From Phoronis australis (taxonomy: Eukaryota > Animalia > Phoronida), in the NCBI GenBank assembly GCA_002633005.1, contig NMRA01000080.1:911202-975201 (forward strand): DNA of 64,000 bases, read 5' to 3'. How positions within the stretch are numbered: the stretch's first letter is position 1; every line of letters begins with the position of its first letter. A program made the translations under genes and the position numbers. Under the pieces are notes generated by a model. The model was not told the DNA's origin, did no database searches, and saw nothing but the letters and a program-made list of their open reading frames with translations. Positions 11,688 to 24,186 of this stretch are shown piece after piece.

Positions 11688-14383
11688 CTGGCCGGCCGGA
11701 TCGGAGCCCTAGCATTGAGGCTAGGCTGTGAAATTCTCACTTTCGCTAATTTGCGGTGGGCCGGGGATATCATTTTGATGTTGCAAGATTCTGAGAGATT
11801 CAAGTAGGCTCAATGATTACTAAACGTTTGAGTGTGCTACTTTTTATCTGCAGTTTGTGCTCTTTACGTAGGCGAATTACTGTGCGCTGAGCCATGAACA
11901 ACTGAATTACCGGTATATGTCATGGAGCACTGGCTGAAAGTGTTCAAAATTAAAGGCAGAGTTAACAATGAAAACAAGAATTGGTTCCAAAAACGGCATT
12001 TGGAGATGTTAATGGTTGCTGATCATGTTTCAGTGAAAGTAAATGATGTCCACGGCATACGATTATAGAGATTTTACCACCGGACAGTATCCCAGTCATA
12101 CGATTACAAATGGCCGACAACGATTAACAGACTATAACTAAAAACGATAACTTATGGTCGTGAGATGATGTATTTAAACATTTTGTCCGTTCACGATTTT
12201 GCCATGTGTGACCTTTTTCGCAGAATTGAAAATCATAATGGAAATCTGTTATCAGTGACTTGAATTAATTCTTGTTTTAATCGTTTCCACTACAAAAAGT
12301 TTGAACAGGACGTCATTTTTTGCATTTTGCTTAATGTTTCATATATTTTGGACTTGAGAGCACTAAATTCTTATTTTAGCACGAACGGGGTTCAACAATC
12401 GTCATATGCTGTTTACACTTGGGTTATTATAAGACTGTTTAAAGCTCGATCTAGGATCCTGAATCTCTCCAGCGATAACAAAGGCAAATAGTATTCTAGA
12501 CATGATTTTCAATAAATTTCCACGATCTTTTCCATTATGGCAGCAAAAACACCCAAACACTTGAAAAGCATTGTATTGGTTCACGATTCGCCTGTGATGA
12601 AACACTTTGTTGGGCGGTCTGGTCTGACCTGGAGTGCCTTTAATATCTTTTCACAAAAGCCGATTGCTAGAGATTGACAGTACATTTCAGATAATTAAAA
12701 TACGCCAAATTTCACAAAAGGTCCTTTATAAAGGCAACATAACCTTTTAAGGTTAATTAACAGAGTAATAACACTATGCTTAAATAGAATGAAAGTACGT
12801 GAGGATATTTTTGCAGATTCTTCGACGGCAGTTACACTGTAGTTAATCTAAGATACTTACTGAAAGAAACTGAAATAAAATAATGTTACCTACTACTGTA
12901 AATAGTTTGAAAGGGAGTCTATCTTTTCAACTACACAGCTATAACTAACAACGCTGCTTCTTAATACTAACTCCAACTTTTAGCTGGCCGGACGGAGCCC
13001 TTATAGCATTGAGGCCGGACTGTGAAATATTCACTTTCGCTAATTAGCGGCGGGCCTGGGATATCATTTTGGTGTTGGAAGATTCTGAGAGATTCAAGTA
13101 GGCTCAATAATTACTAAACATTTGAGTGTGCTGCTTTTTATCGGCAGTTTGTGCTCTTTACGTACGTGAATTACCGACATGTCATGGAGCACTCTGGCTG
13201 AAAGTGTTCAAACTTATAGGCAGAGAAAACCATGAAAACAAGAATTGGTTCCAAAAAAGGCATTAAGAGATGTTAAGGGTTGCTGATCATGTTTCGGTGA
13301 AAGTAAATGATGTTCACGACATACGATCATAGAGATTTTTGCCACTGGACAGCATCCCAGTCATACAATTACACAACTGGCAGACAATGATTAACAGACT
13401 ATAACTAAAAATGATAACTTATGGTCGTGACATGATGTATTTAAACATTTTTGTCCGTTCACGATTTTGTCATGCGTGACCTTTTTCGCCGTATTGAAAA
13501 TCATAATGGAACTCTGTTATCAGTGACTTTAGTCGTTGAATTAATTCTTGTTTTTATCGTTTCCTCTACAAAACATTTGAACAGGACGTCATTATTGCAT
13601 TTTTCTTAATGTTTCATACATTTTGGACTTGAGAGCACTAAATTCTTATTTTAGCACATAAATAGGTAAATAAAAAAACAAGAATGGATCAACTGAAAAT
13701 TTTAGTTAATCCATTCTTGTTGTTTTATTTACCTATTTATATTCTACATTTCGTGAAACAATAGTATCCTTGGGAGGATCTGGATCGTCTTATTTAGTTT
13801 CAGATTTATTTTCTACATTATTTTAGCACGAACGGTGTTCAACAATCGTCACGTCTTGTTTACACTTTAGTCATTAAGGACTGTTTAAAGCTCTAGGATG
13901 CTCAGTGTATCTCTCCAGCGATAACTCAGGCAATCAGTATTCTAGACATGATTTCAAAACATTTCCACGATGGTTTCCATTATGGCGGCAAAAAAACAAA
14001 CACTTGAAATCCATTGTATTGGTTCACGGTCTGACCTGGAGTGTCTTCAATAACATTTTTTACAAAAGCCGATTTACGGGATTGAAAGTACACTTCAGAT
14101 AAGTAAAATACGCCCAATTTCCCCAAAGGTCCTTTATAAAGGCAACATAACCTTTTAAGGTTAATCAACAGAGTAATAACACTATGCTTAGATAGAATGA
14201 AAGTACGTGAGGATATTTTTGCAGATTCTTCGACGGCAGTTGGTTAATCTAAGATACTTAATGAAAGAAACTGAAATAAAATAATGTAACCTACTACCGT
14301 AAATAGTTTGAGAGTCTATCGTTTCAACTACACAGCGATTACTAACGACGTTGCATCTTAATACTAACTCTAACTTTTAGCTG
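11688..14383. repeat. direct tandem duplication of about 1.3 kb
   Basis: About 11688-12985 aligns throughout with about 12984-14383. Both start CTGGCCGG..GGAGCCCT..AGCATTGAGG and end AACTTTTAGCTG. Confidence 0.92.
13658..13817. mobile_element. 160-bp insertion starting with an 83-bp AT-rich hairpin, with a 12-bp TSD
   Basis: TTATTTTAGCAC flanks both sides (13646-13657 and 13818-13829). Copy 1 has the empty site at 12371-12382. Confidence 0.8.
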
Positions 14384-17300
14384 TCAATGTTGAATTGCGA
14401 AGCGTTCGGGGTTTAAAAACATTATTGGGCTCATCCCATTTTGAAGTGTTGCCGAACGAGTTAATAATGGTATGAAAAATATAAAGACAAATTTATCACA
14501 AACGTACAAAGAATCCTCATGCAACCGCACATTTCAAAACTCTCAATAATTGAACTCGTTGCTCACCTTGTTCAATCCATGTCCAACTTTTTTGCTCATC
14601 CAAATGAAGTCAGTTGTTGAGAGTCACATCCCAAATGCCCCTTTTCAAGAAGGTGCGACCTGACCAGCTTCAAGCCAGCAACGTTGTGATTTTTGTAGTG
14701 TTTGCCTGATACCACTTTTCAAAAAAATTAACGTGGACTTAACACATGTTATAAAAACAGAGTACTTACATGGTGATGGATCCACAGGAGATGATATGGT
14801 CTCTTTGAAAGGCAGATTCTCACTTGTTCTGGTACTCCACACAATACATAATAGTTCTCGTTGTAGTAGTAATAACGTTTCGTATATAGTAGTAATCGCA
14901 CGTCTCTCTTGTCTCAATAGCAGTAGTTCCCTGTCTGGCAACATTTCGTTGAATATCATTGGCGGGAAATTTAAAAGTCACGTGACAAGAGACTTGGCGC
15001 ACTCTATGTTCTATTAGATGCAATCAATGGGCAGTGCTGACAAACAAAGTTAGGCCACTCCCACCATATAGTTACGTGTGGTGAAGTCCCGCTGAGCGCA
15101 AACCAAATATGGACTTAGGTTCGCAGCATGCGTACCACACGAACAGTTTCTTTTCGGTGAAGTTCGATGGAGCTAAAACATCACAAAAGGCCTTAGGGAG
15201 AAGGGGGGGGGGGGGCGACCATTCAGTGATGACTTATGAATTCATGTTGAGTTTCATTTACCTGTCAGATTGCTTCTGTGTGTGCCTCGGTCATTTACAT
15301 AGCACAAGTATAGCTGTATAAGGAGGGATGGGGGCTGGGGCAGTAGTAGAAAGGGGTTAAAGGTTGGGCCCACAATGGTGGGCAAAAAGTTCATTCAAAT
15401 CGTGAGACTTCTGAAACAAGTGTTTCGCAACGACTCACCGTCGATGATAAATTGACCCTAAGCTTTAACTGTGAGTTTTCTTAGCATTGTTGACTGCCGT
15501 TCCACGAAGTCCACTCTAGTGTCACCGAATCAAATCTTGAAAAAATGTGCGTTATTCCGGCCAGCATTTTTCATGTTCGAGCATTTGTAAAATTTAAGCC
15601 TCTCTTTCTGATGACAGTCTTTGTAGTTTCCGTTAACCTTATTTGGGCGACAAAATGCGTTCAATTATGCCTATTTTTGTGTTAAGCCATTTTTGAGGGG
15701 CTGTGAGGTCCAGTTTGCGAGATGCTGATGATTTCAGACAATATTTCCTTATCAGTTTTCTGTGTGACTAAGGAAATAAAAAAATTAAAAAATTGGGCTT
15801 TTTATTTATTTTTAAGAAACAGGCAATGGAAAGACATACAAAGTCGTATTTTACAACCTTTTTTACAGTCAGTCGGCATTTGTAACTCGTGAACACCATC
15901 GAGGGTCTTCATTAATTTTTGCAAATACATTTCTATGGTTAGGACAATGGTCGACGTCGAACGAATTCTTTGATGATTTGATTACTGCTGTCCCCCATGG
16001 CTGCACTTTCTATAATTTGATTTCTTTGGTGAAATTTCATAAGTTTAGCCAAATAGTTTCTATCTAGGAAACAGTGGGGCATGCATATTCTAAACTGTGC
16101 TGTCCTACCTGATATTTGGCTTGGTGATTTTAAGTACTGTAATGACCTTTAGATAGTGCATAATTCATGAAATTTCATTAAATATCTGATGAATGATTCA
16201 TATCAGCCTTAAAATTTTTGGGCGTTAACCGACTTCATACAACAGCGAGTCGATTTTCTTGAGTGCAGGCGCACATATATATCGCATGTGCTATGGGGAA
16301 AATTTGAAGACTGTATTGGAGCAAAAAAATTTATAAATCGTCTGTGCTTCAAAAATGGTGAATCTAACGGTTTTCTATAGAAATTCTTGAAAAATTCAAA
16401 ATGAATAACTTGTACGTTTGCATCCTCAAAAAGCAGTTTCTTTACGATCTAGTTTCCACCTTTCCGGGTTCTTTAAATTCAATTTGGTAATTTTTTAAAC
16501 TGCTAAAATGTCTAAGCCCTCTGTATGAATTCAACTTTGCAGTGCTCAATACACAAATGGCGTCTATATTCGTTCAAAATCATAGTCTTTAACTCTTCAT
16601 GACTACAAAAATGTCAATACGGGAATTTCGTATTTGCGTAATAATGCGTTTCTGTAATGCTACGGCGTAGTGCCAAGGCTATGTTATCAATACGCTTTTT
16701 GACAATGTTCAACGTTTTCAAACCTTCGCGTTGGTTTTTACTTCACACGTAAATAAGTATTTATGGCTTTTCTGAGCAATCGCTTTTGTCGAAATAATCT
16801 CATTTCACTAGCTTTGCTCGACAGGGCTAAATAAGTTTAGCCAACACTCGCAGTTACTAGATGTAATAGCCTCAAATAAGTAAGTTGGCATGTGCAATGC
16901 ATTTTGACACTTGATATTTCGACTTGTTTTCGTCAGTGCTATAGTTTGCTATGGTTAGAGCAAAAATGGTTGACATCTATGTATACCATACCCTAGGCTA
17001 TGTTTATACAGATTGAGAGACTGTCACATTAGATTTAAACAATTCAGTTATCAGGAAACCTGTGCTTTATTATTTCACAGCTTTCACAAGTTGTTATTTA
17101 GTCCTAGGACTCTTTTGTACCTTCTTGAATAATCATCTGTGTCCGTGCTAAGAATTTGCTGATGTGGCCTCAGCTCACGCTATTTGGCCTTATTTCCAAC
17201 GAGGCTGAAAGAGGCTTGTGCTTTCCGACAAGACAAAAACTGGGAAAACAATACTATTTTGTAGCGAGTTCAAGTGAAAGCTTGCCCTCTGTAGCAGTGC

Positions 17301-17507
17301 GGAAGAAAGAAAATGAAGATCCTACTGCAAAATTTCCCTGTTTAGGCAAAGTATTGTATTTTATGGGAACACGAAACATGCAACCATTCGAAATGCCTAT
17401 ATTAGTCTTTAAAACCATAGCATTCTTTGGATATGGCAGTCAATATTTTTCTTGTGATTTCTGTAAATTAGCATGATCTGTACCTTTGTAGAGACCTGTA
17501 GAAAAAA

Positions 17508-17610
17508 TATCCTTCGGTGGAGAAATTAAATAAGTCACCCTTCCGCAGAAATATCCCATAGAATGTCACCCTTCAGTAGGAAAATCACATATAAAGTCAC
17601 CGCTATCGTG
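17508..17610. repeat. short degenerate tandem repeat with a ~31-bp unit
   Basis: Repeated GTCACCCTTC..AGAAA.ATC.CATA. Confidence 0.6.
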
Positions 17611-19077
17611 GCGGGATGAAGTATACGGAAACTGATGCACGGTTCAAGCCAACAAACATTACAGTTCACTATAAGTTTTTAGTATTTTAATACCACTAAA
17701 ACAGATTTTTGAGAAAAATTTGCTTCGGAAAAGTATGTCTCAAAAAATTAGAAAGCGGCGTGTGCACGTTTCATGAGTATACTGTTTTCAAGTCGAAGCT
17801 TCAGTTCTCTTTGTTACAAAAGGCAGAAACTTATGCGAGAAAATGACGTTTATTAGACTATTCTTCACTTAAACGGGTGTTAACATGCAAGATCAGTGTC
17901 AGTTGACTCCTGGATTTTGCATGCACTCCAGCTAATCATTAGTTTTACAACGAGATGAGGAGCAGAACTACCTTGGCAGTGTGTCATTTTGAGTTCTATA
18001 TGAGGTTAACCTGCAGCTGTTCCAAGCAGTATTTGACGCTAGCTTACTGTGAAGAGGACGATTTTGGCAATTATTTTTCTCTGATGATATTTTATGATAA
18101 TGAGTTTATTGCTCAATAAGCTGTTAGTGTTACGCCAGTTTCCACTTCAAAATGATTTGGATGTCGAGAAAACAAATTAAGGACGGGTAAAAATACACGC
18201 AAGTACAGCACATCTCTCTGGTTTACGCTATCGTGTTTCTGTCCGCTGAAATAGCTGCCGGTATTTCCATCACTGAAAAATGTTTGACTGTGTTATTCAA
18301 GTGAATTTAATACAACTTAAGCACTAGTCACCACTGGTGGATTTAGAATGTAAAAAGTTGTAAATAAGTATTTTCTGACAGGTTCGACAAGGTGGTTAAC
18401 TGTTGCATCACAAGTTTGCCTGAAGTTTAATTGGTAAAATTCAGGCAAACTACCACGGATAAAGCTTTTTAATGTGGTAGTTGTAAGGCCTAAGTGCACC
18501 AAAATACAGTACCGGGTGCTAACAAACAGAAAAAATTCCATTGATGATAGTAGTGGGTTTTATACGGAAATGTCGATATTTGTCTTACTCTGCATGCAAT
18601 TTTATCAATAATTTGAAGAAGACGTCAATTTTTGACCCAGTTTTTTACTTGTATGCCATCTGCAGATGACAGTAGTCTTCGAGGGCTTCTTCTGGCGGAA
18701 GTGGAAACATATGGAGGAGTCGTGGTTTTGGAACTGGCCTTTGAAACGAAAGATTTTCTAAATTTGGGATCACAAATTCTCAGTGTGAAGAAAATCTGAA
18801 CAGAACAGATGGTCTTAAATGTTATACTCCAGTTCTCTTTTGAAACAACTGTGAAGTACCGCAATCCAATTTTCATTTGAAAACTGGTGGTCGCAAAAAC
18901 TGCAGAAGGAGCCAACTCACATGAGTCGCACTGTGTGGGACTGACTTGGCCACTTAAACTTTTGCAGCAACCATTTTGCCTTAACTAACGTAATTGAAAC
19001 TGTGGTTCATCTGCTGATAGTGGAAATAATTCGTTGTGTGTTAAAGATAATCAGCTTGAACATTTCATTCACTTCAG

Positions 19078-20807
19078 GTGTCCGAAGCTGCGGGCAACGC
19101 CACCTCTGGTTCAAAGACACAACTGAGCTCAGAAGCAGGCAAGCTTCTGAAGGACTTGGGAATCCCTCCAGCAGGTTAGTACTTTTTGGTAATGCTGGTG
19201 TGTCAAAACAACTTGCAAACATTACAGATTCTCTTCTTTGAGACTGGGTGCAGGGAGCCATGAATTGACAGGTCTTCAATTAGAGCTGGCTCTATCATCT
19301 GAATTATTGCGTTCTGGTCATTGGGTATTATAAGATCTTATCAAGCCTTGCTGGAACTTGTTAATAGCCATTTTTCGATATGGCATCGACGCCATAAGAT
19401 ATTCATTGTCGCTAGATGGCGATAGTGTAAATGGAAGACATTGTTAAGCATCTTCAGCTCAGGCTGGCTCCGTGACATGCTTTGTACAGTGATGCTCAGA
19501 TGATGTAGTCAATGATACGTGCTAACGTCATTCGATTTACACTAAGGTCTCATTCAAACTGCTTCAAGATGGGGGGGAATTACCTTTGTCTGCATCACCT
19601 CTTGGCAAACCTAGCCAGTGTCAAATTGCTTAATGACATAATTATGATTCACAGGCAGGCATTGACCCTGGTTAATTGTCAACTGTTGCAGTAGTACATT
19701 TCCACTGCCTATTTGCTTTTGTTGAATTGTCCAGTGGAACTGATTTCATCTGTTTTCCTGATAAGGAAAATAGTCTGCATCTGTAACGTAGTACCCATGT
19801 CATGCTCAGAATTCCTTCTGACTGAAATTCAACAGATGTTAAGTCACTAATAAAAATAAAATAAGTAATGCCAAAGTTTATACTAAGAGGACCTGTGCTT
19901 ATTAGTCACTCTGCGTCACGGAAGACAAGCCCTCAAGCTAAAACGAACAATATGGTTGTCAAGGGTGTAAATTACTAGAGCCATTACTGACTTAAAACAG
20001 ACGTTAAAATTTTAAGTAAAAGATAACGTGTCAATGAGCTGGATGGCAGATCAGTGATATTTCAGTGCCTAGGTCAGCTTGGTTTAGTACTCTAAATCTT
20101 AGCTTAATATTTACATCTTCAGTGAATTTGAATGCAGTGTGGACTTCCCAGTGGGACTGGAATGGACTGAACATTTTTTCTCTGCTGTGCATTTGCATTG
20201 GAAATGTGATTATACTTCATCATTTGACACATGACTCCTTTATAACCTTGTGTCTAGGTGAGGCAGCTTCTACAGTCGCCGCCTCTGCCGCAGACCCGGC
20301 ACAACAGTGCAGTCAGCATGTGGGAACCTCGCAAGCGCCAGGCTCCACGGTACAGGTCACACCAAGGTATGTAGTGGCTAAGCCCAGATTGCACAGGTGT
20401 CATGGCCGACCTGATATTTATTAAGTGGTGTTAAATGTTGTTTTACGACATCTGTGTGCTTACAAGTCGTGCTTGTAATTGACTAAATTGTTCTTAATCT
20501 TTGATTTTGTGGAGAAATTTAACAAAACAGAATTTCACTTCTCAATTGTCTTGTGTGCTAGATAAGCAAAGAACTGCCTTAAGCTGCCTGAATCAAAAGT
20601 TGGCTTTTGATGGAAGCCGTTTTTATCTCGTCTTTAACAAACTTTCCTACAAAGTAGTAATCTGTGAATGTGTTTATTGTGATTGCAGCCCACGTACACA
20701 GAGGAAGCTGATGATGTCAAAGATATCACAGACTGACATCCCTCCCAAGGAACTGGTGTCATACTCCAAGACAACACAAACGGTGCAACAACTGCCAGGG
20801 AGGGAGG
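19078..20807 (+). CDS. three phase-compatible candidate exons (19078-19174, 20258-20366, 20689-20807) of an unidentified low-complexity protein
   Basis: AG/GT boundaries, phases 0-1, 1-2 and 2-1, giving an open frame VSEAAGNATSGSKTQLSSEAGKLLKDLGIPPAGEAASTVAA...VTPSPRTQRKLMMSKISQTDIPPKELVSY...GRE. Confidence 0.45.
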
Positions 20808-20987
20808 GTAAGTCTTTGATGCAACGGCGTGCTGAACTTTAACCTCAGGGTTCTCTAATCGTGACTGAAAGGTTTGTCCATAGAGACGGTTGGAGTTTAC
20901 GAAACGGTTTTAGTTTCAGTCAAAGAAAGAAGTTCATTGGACACTTTGTTTGAGCAGACAAGTAAAGAGCATGAAAACTATTTTCTA

Positions 20988-21516
20988 ATGAATTAAATTC
21001 GTCAAATTCAAGGAATACAGGTGAAGAACGCTGTTTGTTTATTATTTGTGATCAGTTTTACTGGTTTCTGGTTGTTGGCATTTGTTACGAAGTATTTTTT
21101 GCTTTCAAGCTCATATTGAATTGTTGCTTGCATAAATAAAACTTAATCAGAAATAAACAGAGAAGGGCTTTCTCACCATAAGAACTTTCTGTCACCCACA
21201 GACAACAATTTCCCCAGCATGACTGCCGTGAGTGTGCATAGTTAAAGCTGCATAATAATAATAATAATAATAANATGAATTGAATTCGTCAAATTCAATA
21301 CAAGTGGAGAACGCTGTTTGTTAGTTATTTGGTTTCAGGTTGTTGGCATTTGTTCTGAAGTATTTTTGCTTTCAAGTTCCTTTTGAATTTAGCTTGCATG
21401 AATAAAACTTAATCAGAAATAAACAGAGAAGGGCTTTCTCACCATAAGAACTTTCTGTCACCACAGACAACAATTTCCCCAGCATGACTGCCGTGAGTAT
21501 GCATAGCTAAAGCTGC
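20988..21516. other. assembly gap (N at 21274) with ~250-bp duplicated flanks and (TAA)n
   Basis: About 20988-21251 recurs at 21275-21516 with small indels on the other side of the single N. Confidence 0.85.
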
Positions 21517-22002
21517 AACCTGCATTGCCCGCCCACGTGTCCCGTAAATGTCAATCGCTTTTGACTCTAACCACAGCATTTTTTTGTGAAAAAACACAGG
21601 CAACCATAGCAGTGACGAAAATAAGTCAAAATATTGCTTGTTCAAATCACAAAATGCTGTACGTACGCCAGTTCAGAATAGTCTCACAAATCTCGTTAGT
21701 CTGCGTTAGCCAGTGAGTGGCCAGCCGGGAAGGACATTTTTAGTTAATAGACGCAAATCTGAGTAAAAGTCAAAACCAAGGTTTGGGAAGTTTGTTATCA
21801 ACGTCGGTAGAGGGCTCAATAAGTACTGAAAATAAACAACTTTTTAGCGCTATGGCGTAGCACTAAAAAGGCAAAAATCATAGCAAACAGGTAGAAAAAA
21901 AGTAATGATCCGTTGACACGTATGCTATCCCAAACAACATATTGCGTATATACATCTTCAAATATTCTCATTATGCGTGGCAGGACAATGTGTTCTCCAT
22001 AT

Positions 22003-22147
22003 CTTGGACGGCGCAGCACTGAAAAAAGGGAGGACTAAAGCCCCCACAACCCCCCTGTGGTGCGCTGCCTATAGACCACGTGCGGCGTAGCACTGAGAAC
22101 AGTGGGGGGGGGCTATACCCCCAGCCCCCTATGGTGCGCCGCCCATA
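22003..22147 (+). mobile_element. MITE family A (dimer of a ~70-bp palindromic unit), CAT-type termini
   Basis: GGCGCAGCACTGAAAAAA..CTATAG..GGTGCGCCGCCCAT; flanks CATAT/CCTAT (4/5 TSD). Confidence 0.75.
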
Positions 22148-22765
22148 CCTATTCATCAAAGTGATCCAACTCTTTAGGATGTACTATATGGTAAAAGTGC
22201 AGATCCAACTAAGATTTTGTCACCAATGCCACCTGTAGGAGCTAATGTACTGTTTTTGCGATGTATGGTAATTTCTGCACACCATACTGAATGGAAAGTA
22301 GTAGTAGTGCTTTTATGTCGTGTCATATAAAATACAAACTAAAAATACAATATTCAATTAGAGAGGTCTCTATAAAGGATTTACAGACCGCTGACCCCCG
22401 GGTCACCTATAATTTATACAAATCTTATTATAAACAAATAATAAATACAGTAAATATGGCGAAGAATAAAGAGACAGGGCAATAAAATTTTCATTCATGA
22501 ACAAATTAATATTAATAACGACAAGAGTTTAATATAATAACAACGAATAACATATTGTCCTAGTTGGATGGCAGCTGAATTCTTACACATAGTTACAAGC
22601 ATAGCAGTTGACAATAATGAACAGTTGACCATGGTAGGTCTATCAGTCCCGGTGTACCTGTTTTATGCCAAATTATATTCAGCGCTCAAGCTTATTTGCC
22701 AACTATAGCCGAAGAGATTTCTTTTCCTGTTGTTCTGTGTGAACTTTGTCCTTGTTTTCTCCGAT

Positions 22766-22807
22766 TCACTCACCGAGTTGTTGAAATTTTTCCCGCAGGT
22801 TTTCTAC
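22766..22807 (-). CDS. probable last coding exon 27
   Basis: ttttag|VENLREKFQQLGE-TGA, followed by an AT-rich 3' region. An overlapping GTGAGT could instead be a donor. Confidence 0.65.
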   Translation of the reverse strand, partial: VENLREKFQQLGE

Positions 22808-24142
22808 CTAAAATCGAAACCAAAATGCTGCAAAAGGAGCTGCCCACAACAATAGATGTTAGTCAAGGATGACCGTTTTGCGCATGTTGGTCGAAAACCA
22901 TGCCTGGGTAACATTTCGTGGCATAAATGTCAATTATGTTAACAGGTTACCCGAACTAGACGGCTCACGTCACAAACTATAGCACGGACTCAAACATTAT
23001 GACTAACATATCCATAAAGCAAAGCTCTCGAACTCACGTCCCCTAAGAAGATGGGCTCAAGGATCGCAAACACGGCTTCGTTACGTACAAACACTTCACA
23101 AGGACTTTTCGGTTCTCATTTGGTAGTGGATGTGTATCCGCGAGTCTTGCTATCTGGATGCTTAAAGCTGTGAATCGATGAACCGAGTTTACATGCACGT
23201 GAGCTGTGTTTATAAGTGAAGGACTACCATGCCGAAGCACTTGTACCGTGTGGATCGGGTAGGCTGATTAGGCACTATTTTGCAGGTATCAGCTTGAAAC
23301 TGGATGGAAAACAGATATTGTGTAACCGGAACAATATATCGCTTATACCAGAACACGTTGAACATGCATAGGCAGTTGGATATCGGTGGATGAGTCCATG
23401 TAACAATGTGTTGCTAAAGAAATGTCTATAATGACCTGTTTCATCAGCTCAGGAGAGTCACCGTGCTTCTCTTGAATGGCGTTGCAATGAACAAGCCCAT
23501 CTTGGACGTTACCAAGCGACATGCACAACATGGCGGCATGGATGTGAAGTGTTTCATCGTCAGGGTGTTCTCGGCAAAGTTTGGAAACAAGAACGTAGCC
23601 ATCTTGAAAGCGTCCTATTTTCGAGTGACCATATTTTGGATACAAAGTGCGCTCCAAAGTCTGAAAAATAATGAAACCGTGCAAGTACTGTGCAAACATT
23701 AAAATTATGTCACCGAATCTATTGCCAGAGCTTTAGTTTAGCAATGCAAGGAACGATACCAGCTAGATTACCGCACACCAATGTTAGATCCGAAACAGCT
23801 AATCCATTCAGGAACACTAGGACCTCGCTAAAAAGCAAGACTTCGCGAGATTACGTGAGACATTGCCGTGTATTATAAATCAGAACACGGACTTGGACTA
23901 GATTTTAGCTAGGTCCTAGCGTAGGTCCTAAGTGTTACTGAACGCACGCCTGGTTACTTTCTGACATTGAATGTGAGAACAGTGTCGATCAATTTTAAGT
24001 TCCATTTCTTCAAAACGATTTGGAATAATAAATAATCGTGAAACGACAAAATCATACTTCTTTCAAAAACCTCATTACGGTTATCGCTAACAAATGTTCA
24101 CAAATACGTTTTTGTTTTATTAAGACTTGCAATCTACATCGA

Positions 24143-24186
<44 letters not shown>

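Noticed and set aside
15350-16480. AT-rich DNA-transposon-like sequence with several TTAA-adjacent motifs
   Set aside because: No matching pair of TIRs or TSD could be identified.
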